Shown here: piece by piece, positions 54,373 to 64,000 of the stretch
Position numbering within the stretch: the first letter of the stretch is position 1
Layout of the letters: every line of letters begins with the position of its first letter
Assembly: GCA_019704295.1 (NCBI GenBank)
Contig: AP024596.1
Span: 1,280,001-1,344,000, forward strand
Source: Sulfolobales archaeon HS-7
GTDB lineage: Archaea > Thermoproteota > Thermoprotei_A > Sulfolobales > Sulfolobaceae
Direction of reading: 5' to 3'
DNA: 64,000 nucleotides
Notes under the pieces: model-generated
Told to the model about the DNA's origin: nothing
Seen by the model: the letters and a program-made list of their open reading frames with translations, nothing else
Databases searched by the model: none
Made by a program: the position numbers and the translations under genes

Positions 54373-54522
54373 ATGAGAGATTATTTAAGAATAAGGGACA
54401 TCATAATTCTTACCTCTTTTCGTTATAATAAGAGGACGAACCAGATAGAATTCCCTCAGGGAGTCTCAGACAACGTTATATATGCAGCCGGAAGGAAGGG
54501 TATTTACACCTTAGATCACGTG
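54373..54522 (+). pseudogene. 5' remnant of a paralog of the 29873 membrane protein, cut by IS family B
   Basis: Encodes MRDYLRIRDIIILTSFRYNKRTNQIEFPQGVSDNVIYAAGRKGIYTLD. About 70 bp of upstream sequence also match 29803-29872. Confidence 0.9.
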
Positions 54523-55786
54523 ACAGTGTCCAATGTGTAATTAATGTGAATAACTAGATAAAGTAAAAAGTTATAAAATACGTAAGTTTAGAATTAAATT
54601 CGTTTAATTACTAGTGAAGAAACAATATAAAATCAGTTTATTAAGTACACTAGCAACTAATCTCTATACTTTCGAGGATCAAGGCTAGGGACGAGCTTCT
54701 CTAGCGGGGTTTTAACTGGAGATCTTAGCGCTTTTTAACGGATCTGAACCGCTGAATATTGTAAGCCAGGCCAAAGAGGCTGGCAAAGACGTTAAATCCC
54801 CTCATGCTCCTCGCGTAAGGCCTCACGTTCTGAGGAAAGTGTCAAAGAACTCTACACCACCTCTCAGTATTCCCAAGCCCCTCTTGACTCTGATCACCTT
54901 GCCTCTCTCTGAAAACCCCTGTCCACAAGCGTGATCACGTTGCAGATAGGAGACTTAAAGTTGAAACTTTAGCCGGAACTATCTTAACCTTGCAAACCAT
55001 GAGGGTCTTAAGGAGAACCCGGCGAAGCACTTCCCTCCGAACCAATTCCCCACTTCTTTCCCCAGCTACCCTCATGTTCCCTGAGGGTGTAATTTCTCGG
55101 AAATGAGAAAAGAGTTGATCCCTTTTCCTCTCATCGAGTGTCGCAAACACTTCATGAGGTTTCCTCCTCGGATCAATTTCCCTGAGATCCAGTACAAGTT
55201 TCTGTGCGTTTCCACGCTCTTCTCTCCGTGAGGAAGCTCCACGGGAAAGCTATCAACCTTTGCATTCCGAACTTCTCCTTAGCTAAGAAATGGTGGAAGT
55301 CGCTCCTCTTTAACTCGCGACTCCAATCTCCTGAAGACCTTGAGGAGCAGATCCCTAATTCTATCTTCGTATTCATACACAAACCAGTTCAAGAGGACCT
55401 CGAGGGAACCTCCTTCACGCCGAGGAAAACCTTGACCACTTCATTGGTAACCGCTAGCACAATCACTCCCCTATACGACTCTTTGAAAAGCACTCTCACG
55501 ATCATCATCTTCAAGTAAACCACGTTAGTACTTGAAGAACTTGTGATCCTTGAACTCCCTTTCAATTACGTCCTTTAACTCACTCATGATTTCCTCGCAC
55601 TCCAAAAGGGATTTACTCTTCCAACCCACCTCTTGGGGGATTACGTCGGAATAAATGTAGATCACGGTATAACCTAGGCATAATTCCCCTTAAGTATTAT
55701 CCCGTTAGTTGAGTTCTTGGGGTTTTATTTTTCTCCAAAAATTTACTTAATAAACTAGATTACATTTATTGCACATTGAACACTGT
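54523..55786 (-). mobile_element. IS family B (IS982-like), 1264 bp, frameshifted, flanked by CACGTG repeats
   Basis: TIRs acagtgtccaatgtg and cacattgaacactgt begin with AC. 6-bp direct repeats. DDE fragments. The family assignment is by motif resemblance only. Confidence 0.85.
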
Positions 55787-56186
55787 CACGTGGCAATCTC
55801 GTTAGCACTATGCTCGAAGTTCAAACGAAATATTTATTACTGAACGCCCACATAAGGTTAAATTACTGAGGGCATCCCTACCTCGTAGGTATGACAATAT
55901 TCAGTTAAACTCGTTTCTCTTTAAGTAAACTGAGTTCGGAAAGAAGCCATCAATCACTTGATTAATATACTAGACCAAAGCTAGTACGGGTGAGCTTTTA
56001 CGAAACTCCCGACTCTTTAACCCCGTGAATATAATTTTCAATAATAGGTACGCTCAGGATTCACATTAACAGTGTAAGTGAAGCTCCCACTTAAAACGGC
56101 CACGTTTCTTTCCGTGCTTCGTGAAGGGATCACCACTTAAAGAGTAGACATTATGCCTTAACATTCCTTTAATGTATTAAAGGACT

Positions 56187-56798
56187 TCATGTCTTCTTAA
56201 TCATAGCGAAACCTCCGTTTTGGTCACTGAGTTTCAAAACAGTACACCCCTTCTCTTTACAAAAGTCTCTAGTCGCACTGTTAAATTCGAAGTTATCGAC
56301 CAGAATTATTCCCTCATTCATGTGATCCCACGCTAGGGAGAGCTCAAACTTGACGTTTTCGTAAGTGTGATCACCGTCATGAAGGAAAACCTGAATAATT
56401 CCTAATTCCGACAAAAGTTCTGGTAGAACCTTCTTAGAATCACCTATAATCAGCCTCCATTTCCCCTTAAGCTTTTCGGGAACTACGAAACCAACAGGGT
56501 AAGTTTCCTCCTCCTCTCCGTATTTGACTCCGAGATCAATGGAGTAGAGAATTCCCTTGTTTAACGCAGAAAGGATAAAGGTAGTGGAGACTCCTGAACC
56601 CACCCCCGTCTCAACTACTTTTTCCGGGGTTAGTATCTTGATCACCGCGTAAAGGTACTTCCTTTTGTCCGAAGTAAGCGCCCAGAGGTCTTTTCCTCGG
56701 ATTTTCTCCTCGACCTGCCTATCGATCATCCCTGCCTCTCCTATGTACCCCTCCACTATTCCTTGATCCACACCTAGTACTTCGGAAATTAACGACAT
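56187..56798 (-). CDS. Class I SAM-dependent methyltransferase (Methyltransf_24-like)
   Basis: VETGVGSGVST, YSID, FLHDGDHTY and LVDN motifs. Confidence 0.9.
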   Translation of the reverse strand: MSLISEVLGVDQGIVEGYIGEAGMIDRQVEEKIRGKDLWALTSDKRKYLYAVIKILTPEKVVETGVGSGVSTTFILSALNKGILYSIDLGVKYGEEEETYPVGFVVPEKLKGKWRLIIGDSKKVLPELLSELGIIQVFLHDGDHTYENVKFELSLAWDHMNEGIILVDNFEFNSATRDFCKEKGCTVLKLSDQNGGFAMIKKT

Positions 56799-56944
56799 TA
56801 CCGTACTTTTCTCCCTAAGGTAAAAACTCTAGCGTAAGATCTGACCTTACAATACTGTAACACTAGTAATTCCATAAAGTTCTTTTATTGAGATAACGTA
56901 AAATCAAACAAAAATAGGATACAAACCTGTTGAAAATACTAACT

Positions 56945-57102
56945 GGACAATTCAGGTTCTCATTGCGAATTATAATTATTGCAAGCGACTAAATAAAGGA
57001 AATTATTAAGCGCCAATCTCTACAATCCATACGAACTAACTCAATTAAATTCATTTGACTTTTCTAAATAAACTGAATTCGTTATGAACCCGTGAACGGC
57101 CC
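56945..57102 (-). mobile_element. MITE family C with likely target duplication actaac(t/g)
   Basis: Ends ggacaattcagg and cgtgaacggccc. Flanks actaact and actaacg. Confidence 0.8.
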
Positions 57103-57154
57103 ACTAACGTCAAAATTCGGGTTAATTCCTCGAAGTTTACGTAAATTGTTTTCC

Positions 57155-58318
57155 CTATTCACTACCCCTTTTGCTCACTTCCTCAGCGATCTCCAGTAAT
57201 TCATTAGGACCTATGCTTAGATCCCCGTAATCTGGTGGTTTTTCCCTTAAACTTACCAAACCCATCTTCTCTGCAACCCTGCTCATCCTCCTTACGGCAT
57301 CTTTAGCCTCGGAATTCGAGATTTCCCCCATCTTAATTTCAAATGCCCACAATGGTTTCCTTCTCTTCATGATTAACACGTCTATATCCTCCTTTGGAGA
57401 GTACCATTGGGCACCATCGAAATACTTTGCTAGCATTTCCCCTACGCTAAATTGAACCTCCCTCCCTATAGGTAAGTAGTTTACTTCCCTATCAATTTCG
57501 CTTACGGCGTACTTAGACTCAGCGTATAGGGAAAGAGAGAGGGGAGGGGATTTGATTTTGTAGTAGTTTTCCCTAGACGTCGTTGAAATTTTCTGCACCA
57601 ATCCCATCTTTGCCAACTTATTGATCATTGAGGATATTGTACCTTCACCTCCTTTCGGTTGAATTATCCCTGAGATTTCGGATGTCCTCCAGATACCCTC
57701 TCCTAGAAGTAACAGAATTTTGTAATATATATCCGTTAATTGCCTATCCTCTTCACGAAAAACCTCTCCTATAAGTCCCTTGGAGATGAGGGAGAACTCC
57801 TTCAACCTTTTGGAGAACTCATCGTAGCTATCTACGAATTGAACTACCCAAGGATCCCTGTACAACGTTGATAGAACTGGATCCTTTAATTGGGTTAAAA
57901 CGTCCTCGTAGGAGATGATGTCTATCTCCAGTGGTGTGAAAAGGCCTAATAAGGGACTGTTCCTATCAAATACCTCATTTACTATACCGTAACTCGAACC
58001 CACTAACACTAGAACTCCCCTCCTCTCGAAATTACTTATGATACTCCAGTAAATTTGAGGGATTCTTTGAAATTCGTCAATTACGGCGATCCCCTCGTTA
58101 TAAAGTACCTCCTTAACTTGCCTAATCACATCGTCCAAAGTTACTATTTCATCGTATACTATGGCGTTTTTCGAATCAGCGATCAACGCGTAGTAATCGG
58201 GGTTCAAGTTCTTCTTTATAAGTGTGCTCTTCCCCGTCTTCCTTCTCCCGTAAATTAACGTCCAATTCTTCAAGTCCTTTATTTTCCTCTCTTCTCGTCT
58301 CCTAAGATATAGTTTCAC
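57155..58318 (-). CDS. Archaeal AAA ATPase with wHTH and C-terminal PD-(D/E)xK-like (DUF234-type) domain
   Basis: YGRRKTGKS, VIDEFQ, LVGSS and EDIDV...FEIK motifs. GTG start. Confidence 0.88.
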   Translation of the reverse strand: MKLYLRRREERKIKDLKNWTLIYGRRKTGKSTLIKKNLNPDYYALIADSKNAIVYDEIVTLDDVIRQVKEVLYNEGIAVIDEFQRIPQIYWSIISNFERRGVLVLVGSSYGIVNEVFDRNSPLLGLFTPLEIDIISYEDVLTQLKDPVLSTLYRDPWVVQFVDSYDEFSKRLKEFSLISKGLIGEVFREEDRQLTDIYYKILLLLGEGIWRTSEISGIIQPKGGEGTISSMINKLAKMGLVQKISTTSRENYYKIKSPPLSLSLYAESKYAVSEIDREVNYLPIGREVQFSVGEMLAKYFDGAQWYSPKEDIDVLIMKRRKPLWAFEIKMGEISNSEAKDAVRRMSRVAEKMGLVSLREKPPDYGDLSIGPNELLEIAEEVSKRGSE

Positions 58319-58321
58319 AAG

Positions 58322-58341
58322 ACTAGTCTGACCAGACTAGT
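58322..58341. promoter_or_regulatory. Perfect palindrome ACTAGTCTG-AC-CAGACTAGT, candidate operator
   Basis: 9-bp arms lying 3 nt upstream of the ATPase start codon. Confidence 0.6.
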
Positions 58342-58705
58342 AAAAAATTTTTGTGAGATGTATATAGTATATCTGTAAGAGGGTCGTTTTGCTGAGACTA
58401 ACTAAGTGTACTGTGAGGTAATGTACATGAGGGCTATGAATATTAACTTAAAATTATCTAGGAGGCTTGAATCACCACATCCCGCTCATCCCTCAAGGAT
58501 TATATGTCATAAAGATGCCGTGCAATGTTCTGAGGATGTCTATAGGCTTCTTCATAAAGGTTTAAAGGCATGAAAGAGACGATTGAGGCGAATAAGTTAA
58601 TCTATACAAGAATACTGCGCCCTAGTGGACGTTAGATTACGTTCGCATTCATCATGAGGGGAACTATTACCTTAGATTTCCTTCTCCACACTTGTCATGT
58701 CCCTG

Positions 58706-59248
58706 TCAACACCTTAGTCCCACCATCTCGGCGATACCGCAGAGCTTGGAGTAGACCCCAAACTCCTTAGCCTTCTCCTTCATTGCCTCACTTACTCCCT
58801 TGTTTAACAGAATTGCTACTACGTCCTCCTCGTCTTGACCACTACCGTAGAGTAATTTGGCCACCACTACGTCCTCTACGCTCTCCAGCCAACACTTAAT
58901 CCCCATCAGCTCACCCTTTACCCTCCCCCTGAGGACCTCGTAGTCAATTGCGTCTTTAGCGAACTTTAGGTCTACATGAAATAGGGTACCTCCAGGGAGG
59001 AATAATGTTACTCTGCCCCTCTCTCTATATGCGTCCTCCAATTCCTGCTCTGAAAACTCGAACCCACTCTGCCTCAATACATCAAGGAGAGGGCTTATGT
59101 CTTGAGTCTCTATAACTACGTCTATGTCTTGCGTTGCCCTGTCCCTACCGTAATGGATTGCCACTAATCCCCCTACGATAACGTATACGACCCCTGCACT
59201 TTCCAGGGCCTTTGCTAACCTTTGGAGTGCCTTAGCGACCTCCTCCAT
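58706..59248 (-). CDS. Pol-beta-fold nucleotidyltransferase (AbiEii/DUF6036-like)
   Basis: YVIVGGLV, RATQDIDVV, VDLK, AKL and QDEED motifs. Confidence 0.85.
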   Translation of the reverse strand: MEEVAKALQRLAKALESAGVVYVIVGGLVAIHYGRDRATQDIDVVIETQDISPLLDVLRQSGFEFSEQELEDAYRERGRVTLFLPGGTLFHVDLKFAKDAIDYEVLRGRVKGELMGIKCWLESVEDVVVAKLLYGSGQDEEDVVAILLNKGVSEAMKEKAKEFGVYSKLCGIAEMVGLRC

Positions 59249-59475
59249 TCCCTCACCTTCATGAGGTGCTCCCTAGCCTTCTTCACGTCTCCGTTAAATG
59301 CCTTTAAGTACTCCGCCTCCCATATGCGATAGAGCTCAATAAATAACTGGTCCGAGGTCTTTCCGGTTCTTTTCATCGCCTCTAGGTCGGACCTTATATC
59401 CTCTACTCTCTTCTTGAATCTCTCGTATGAGCCGAATGGTCTTATTATATCCTCATAGGTCTCCTTGTCCATCAA
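59215..59475 (-). CDS. Small helical protein overlapping the nucleotidyltransferase gene; putative partner or antitoxin
   Basis: 86-aa charged ORF overlapping the next gene by 34 nt. TATA-like element upstream. Confidence 0.65.
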   Translation of the reverse strand: MMDKETYEDIIRPFGSYERFKKRVEDIRSDLEAMKRTGKTSDQLFIELYRIWEAEYLKAFNGDVKKAREHLMKVREWRRSLRHSKG

Positions 59476-60049
59476 GAGTATATTCTCTGGGTGATTAATA
59501 AATTCCCAGCGAGTCTCCTACGCGAACATCTGGTGGAGGGCATGGATATAAAGGTAAGCCGATGATGACGACCTGCAACGTCATCGGTATTAATGACCAG
59601 GAAAGGGGCTTCCGATCGATGTGCTAAGAGGTAAGCCTGGCTAGAGAACATGCCCCATACGACTTCACGTCCCTATTTAGTTATTATGAAGGGGGATAGA
59701 ATGCAGCCAATTATACTCAGTCATAGCCTGAAGTGCAACGGTTCTTCTAAATCACCCTGTTGATGTGGAAAAGAGGACGCCGTCCTTTAAACTATCATGG
59801 AGTATAACTCAGCCAGAATGCTATTTTCTAAAAAACCGTTGTGTCAGGCACTCATTCCCTAAACGTACGATGTTATTGTACACTTTTTACCGAACACTCT
59901 GAAACCTTAATTGTACAAGTTAAAACCGGGTATAATTACCAGGGCGGACATGGGAGCAATACCACGTAGGTATATTTTTCCCAAAACGCCACTTCTGTTT
60001 AGATCGAAAAGTTTTAATTTTAACTTTGCTAAACTAAAGTGAAGTAAAA

Positions 60050-60481
60050 ATGAGTGAAGAAAGTCCATTCGACAACATGTTTAATAAGGTAGGGGATATG
60101 CTTAATAGAGCTAACCTCGAAAGGCAAATGGTTCGAGAGGTCACTGGAGACAACTGGAGGGTCAGACTCACAGAGACAAAGATAAATAAGAGTGATGGTA
60201 ATGTGGCAGTATACGAACTATACGGGATTTACCTCGGAGATAAGTCAGTAGCTGTGAGCGTGACCAAGGAGGGTAAACTGAAGCACGTGATACTAAATGG
60301 GACTACAACGTTGGAAGAGACGGACCAGACCGTGAAGAAGCGGAACAGTGTGCTGATATTGGACTATGAAAAACAGAGAGTTACCTTCACTGATGGTGAG
60401 GTAGAACTATGGAAGGGCAGGACAGGATTTGACGCAATAAAGTCCTTTAAGGTCTTAAAGAACGATATCAGGGAGTTGTAA
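60050..60481 (+). CDS. Hypothetical cytoplasmic protein
   Basis: 143-aa ORF with TATA/BRE upstream, translationally coupled (TAATG) to the next gene. Confidence 0.75.
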   Translation: MSEESPFDNMFNKVGDMLNRANLERQMVREVTGDNWRVRLTETKINKSDGNVAVYELYGIYLGDKSVAVSVTKEGKLKHVILNGTTTLEETDQTVKKRNSVLILDYEKQRVTFTDGEVELWKGRTGFDAIKSFKVLKNDIREL

Positions 60482-60873
60482 TGAATATAAGTGACTCTGA
60501 GAGACCTTATACCGTGAAGAGGAACTTAATCATTGAACAATGTAAGACCCCCAAGTCGTTTACCGAACTGAAATGGTCTACCGGTATGTCTGACGCAGGG
60601 CTGTCAAAGGCACTTAACGAGCTTGTGAAGGAGGGATATCTACATAAGACTTCTGACGGGAAATACGTGATTACCGATAAAGCATTACAGAACTATAAGG
60701 AGAGGATAATAAACGGGGTCTGGTTTAGGTACCAAGGGGTCCCTGACGAAAAAGTCGAGAGAATAGCTGAAATATTAAAGAACGAGGGGGAATTTTATAT
60801 CTTAGCATCTAAGGGTGGGGACAGAGCTGAGGACTTAACGCTAATACTCCAGTACTTGCTCCTGCTAACATGA
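60481..60873 (+). CDS. Winged-helix DNA-binding protein (ArsR/HxlR-like)
   Basis: PKSFTELK...GMSDAGLSKALNELVKEGYL...YVITDK. Confidence 0.85.
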   Translation: MNISDSERPYTVKRNLIIEQCKTPKSFTELKWSTGMSDAGLSKALNELVKEGYLHKTSDGKYVITDKALQNYKERIINGVWFRYQGVPDEKVERIAEILKNEGEFYILASKGGDRAEDLTLILQYLLLLT

Positions 60874-61398
60874 TCCTATATACGGTAAGTTAGAGCACAA
60901 AGATCACGAGACTGACGACCATTACTTAATTACCTCTCCCTGAGTGTAATACCCATGCAATTTTTAATAAAAGGTATACGAGCTCGCCCCTAACTCTCCC
61001 GATTCGAATTCTATTGAGTTAGTTTGGATGGACTTAAAGCGGTGGGTTATGCATTACGAGTTTGATCAAGCGCCTAACTGTACAAGGGTGAGTTTTACTA
61101 TCAAGTATAGGTAAACAAGTATACTGGTTATTAGGTGAAGGAGTATTACGACGAGTAATAAGACAGTAAAGGAAGGGATGTCTGAAAAATTTTTTAACTT
61201 TTAAATATTATCTATGTATAACTTTTATTAACGTTATTTTACTAATTACTTAAACTCTTTTAAATATTCTTCTATATTATCATTAAATAAGGCTATTTTT
61301 CCATTTCATCCATTATGAAAGGGACTAAACTAGAATCAATAAATAAGAATTACTACTTTCTATGATAGCCTTAAATTTTCCAGTGTATATAATTAGAC

Positions 61399-62598
61399 AT
61401 GGAGGATTTTGATATTCTTATTATAGGTAGCGGAGTGGCAGGGTATCACGCGCTAAAGGAACTTGGGAACGCAAAGGTCGCCATGGTGACCTCTGATAAA
61501 TATCTTCCTTACGATAGACCTCCGCTATCTAAGGAGTACATGAGAGGAGAGAAGAAGAGAGAGGAGCTCTTCTTTGAGGGAGAAGAGGCTTACAAGAACG
61601 TAAACGTTAAGTTGAACACAGAGGTCAAAATGTTAAGGCAGGGGGAGGCAGAACTCTCCACGGGAGAGGTGCTGGGATTTAAGAAGGCGATAATTGCAAC
61701 AGGCGGAACCCCAAGGAGGCTTTCATTGTCAGGTGGTGAACTGAGGGGGGTTCACTATCTGAGATCGCTTGAGGACGCGGACTCCATAAAGGAAGATGCG
61801 GGGAAAAGCAAGAACGTCGTAATAATAGGAGGAGGATTTATAGGAATGGAGGTAGCCGCAAGTTTAACCTCGCTAGGGTTGAGCACGACTGTGATTGAGG
61901 TCAAACCGTATATCTGGAATACCTTTGTCGACGAAAGAACCTCGAAGTTCATTCAATCCTATTTCGAGAAAAAAGGCGTTAAGTTCATCCTTAACGAGTC
62001 GGTTAAAGAGATTTCTGGAAAGGATAAGGTGGAGAGAGTAACTACGGAAGGGGGGAAGGGAATTGACGCTGACATGGTACTCATAGCCGTAGGAATAAGG
62101 CCCAACATCGAGCTGGCTCAGAGAAGCGGGATATCAACGGAAAACGGGATAATCGTGAACGAGTTCCTTGAGACGAGCATGAGAAACGTTTACGCTGCGG
62201 GTGATGTAGCCAACATACCCTACATGGGAAAGAGACTTAGAATTGAACACTGGAATAACGCGGAGTACACCGGACGTCTTGCGGGAAAGAACGCCTCTGG
62301 TAATACGGAAAAATACGATTTCCTCTCCTCGGTCTGGTCGGATATATTCGACATGCACATAGAGTCCGCTGGGGAAACTTACGGTTATGACCAGGAGATC
62401 GTAAGGGGGAAAATGGAAAACAACTCTTTTAACCTCATCTACGTAAAGGGAGGAGTTATCGTAGGATATCTCTCAGTGAACAGGGATTTTGAAGAGTTAA
62501 ATACCCTAAACGAATTGATAAAAAGGACGGTAGAGGTAAAAGGCAAGGAAGGGAAAATAGAAGACGAACAATTTAACCTATCAAGTTTGCTATCGTGA
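61399..62598 (+). CDS. NAD(P)H:ferredoxin reductase-like FAD oxidoreductase
   Basis: [35 protein letters not shown] and WSD motifs. Confidence 0.92.
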   Translation: MEDFDILIIGSGVAGYHALKELGNAKVAMVTSDKYLPYDRPPLSKEYMRGEKKREELFFEGEEAYKNVNVKLNTEVKMLRQGEAELSTGEVLGFKKAIIATGGTPRRLSLSGGELRGVHYLRSLEDADSIKEDAGKSKNVVIIGGGFIGMEVAASLTSLGLSTTVIEVKPYIWNTFVDERTSKFIQSYFEKKGVKFILNESVKEISGKDKVERVTTEGGKGIDADMVLIAVGIRPNIELAQRSGISTENGIIVNEFLETSMRNVYAAGDVANIPYMGKRLRIEHWNNAEYTGRLAGKNASGNTEKYDFLSSVWSDIFDMHIESAGETYGYDQEIVRGKMENNSFNLIYVKGGVIVGYLSVNRDFEELNTLNELIKRTVEVKGKEGKIEDEQFNLSSLLS

Positions 62599-62610
62599 TT
62601 ACAAAAAAGG

Positions 62611-62898
62611 TTAAGGTGAAGAGCCCCCTTCTTAACTCGTAGATGGAAAGCCCCCCTATATGCACCCCTTTGTCGTCTTTAGTGACGTTAATGACGCTTC
62701 TCCCCAGCTCAATTAAGGGCTTTATGGGGGCAACTATTATCTCTCTTGACGGACTAGACGTTATGGGTCAAAGTCATCCTCTTTCAAGTGGGACTGGGTC
62801 TGACTCCACTCAAATGTACACCAAATAAAGGTGTAACTCCGAAACGACTATGAAAACGATGAGCCTTAGGAACCCTCTTCCATAATGGAGGAAGTCAG
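62611..62898 (+). mobile_element. Degenerate IS605-type non-autonomous element
   Basis: Left-end-like ttaaggtgaagagcc...ggaaagcccc and right-end-like ggaaccctc...ggaggaagtcag. Confidence 0.45.
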
Positions 62899-63971
62899 CT
62901 CTCTAAATAACTCGCCATTGGATAAAGCAGGGGATCCATCTTTCCGTAGAGGCTCTGCCAGTAAAGTGACGTAAAAGCCTTTTTAATCGAGTGAAAAACG
63001 GGACTAGGTCCTAAGACCTTACTCTTAGCGTAATTCATCCATATCATTAATCCCGAGTTGCCCGCGTAAACTGCACACATAGCTTCGCCGGCATACCTTC
63101 TCTTTTCAACGTTACCGTTAACCTCCCCTAAAATATCTCTAGCAACGACCTCTGCCTGGAAGTGCGCTGCCGAACCCGTCTTAGGGATGGGCACGTCGTT
63201 AACGTCCCCAATCGCGTAAACTCCATCGTAAACCTTCAGGGTCTCCTTATCTACGTGAATCAGGTTATCCCCGAATGGACTGGTTATTGGAGTGTCGAGA
63301 ATGAGCTGATCGAAAGGTAACTTCTCACCCTCCTCGGAGATAACGCCATTACCCTCTATTTCGCTAACAACAAATCCCTTCTTGACGTTAATTCCCAATT
63401 CCTTTGCGAGCCTGGAAAAGGCATTTGACATGGGCTGTTGAAGGGGCGGAGGGTTCTTAGCTGGAACTATAACGGTTACATTAAAGTCCCTGTGTGCTCC
63501 TTTTATTAGGAAGGCCATCTCCCAAGGGGCTGCGGGACACTTAATTACACCAGGGAGCGAACCAATTACGAAGTTCTTCCCCTTAGGGTTATTCACCATT
63601 TCCCTTATCTGCCTTGCCTGAGAGAGCTCGTGATATCCCTTAATACCTCTAAATTCCCTGTTTACACCTCCCGTCGCTAGAACAAGGTAATCTCCCTCGT
63701 ATTTGACTCCCCTCTCGTCTATTACAGTTCTGTCTTCCACAAGTACCTTATGTGCAGTGGTTTTTACTGTTTTTACTCCCCGGTTAAATAGCTCTTCCGT
63801 CTTCCTTATCATGTGTTCCTCGCTTTCCCTTCCCACTACGTAATCCACTATACCAGGTTGGTAAACGTGGTAATCCCTAGGTTCTATCACGGTTACGTCT
63901 AAGTAAGGCGAGAGGAGATTACTTAATACCGTACCTGCATTTCCTCCTCCTACTATTATTACCTTCTCCAT
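62895..63971 (-). CDS. Sulfide:quinone oxidoreductase/FCSD-like flavoprotein
   Basis: GGGNAG, HVYQPG, IKCPAAPWE, AIGD, PKTGSAA and a second Cys in AMCAVY. The ATG at 63971 is preferred over the ORF-track start at 63989. Confidence 0.85.
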   Translation of the reverse strand: MEKVIIVGGGNAGTVLSNLLSPYLDVTVIEPRDYHVYQPGIVDYVVGRESEEHMIRKTEELFNRGVKTVKTTAHKVLVEDRTVIDERGVKYEGDYLVLATGGVNREFRGIKGYHELSQARQIREMVNNPKGKNFVIGSLPGVIKCPAAPWEMAFLIKGAHRDFNVTVIVPAKNPPPLQQPMSNAFSRLAKELGINVKKGFVVSEIEGNGVISEEGEKLPFDQLILDTPITSPFGDNLIHVDKETLKVYDGVYAIGDVNDVPIPKTGSAAHFQAEVVARDILGEVNGNVEKRRYAGEAMCAVYAGNSGLMIWMNYAKSKVLGPSPVFHSIKKAFTSLYWQSLYGKMDPLLYPMASYLES

Positions 63972-64000
63972 ACACGAAAACAGTTCCAAAAGAATTTAAA

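Noticed and set aside
59500-59740. Possible IS607 end remnant or ncRNA
   Set aside because: Only vague resemblance, no second copy in the window and no convincing structure.

Overview
AT-rich archaeal DNA, most likely an accessory chromosomal region of a Sulfolobales member. The evidence is leaderless TATA/BRE promoters, class III (PibD-type) signal peptides, thermopsin, a DUF973-type protein and Sulfolobus-type IS/TnpB relics. The window is largely a cell-surface island. It holds two separate clusters of archaeal type IV pilin-like genes (5.7-7.2 kb plus a giant 1436-aa pilin-headed protein at 12.4-16.7 kb; a five-gene divergent cluster at 42.3-47.7 kb). It also holds several membrane-anchored glycoproteins (YVTN/YncE-like beta-propellers, S/T-rich stalks), thermopsin, a maltose-type ABC transporter with a membrane-anchored GH15, and ankyrin, zinc-ribbon and PH-like proteins. 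The end of the window has an AAA ATPase, a nucleotidyltransferase pair and flavoprotein oxidoreductases. Intergenic space is filled with nested, mostly dead IS elements and MITEs. No pilus assembly ATPase or platform gene, CRISPR array, tRNA or rRNA was seen. The strongest candidate for an undescribed system is the giant pilin-like protein, which carries a sequon-free, acidic, hydrophobic-helical translocator/pore-former-like domain, together with its neighbouring three-pilin operon. It may be a pilus-tip membrane-insertion module for a contact-dependent toxin, fusion or transfer function. All family calls are by eye and no searches were run.
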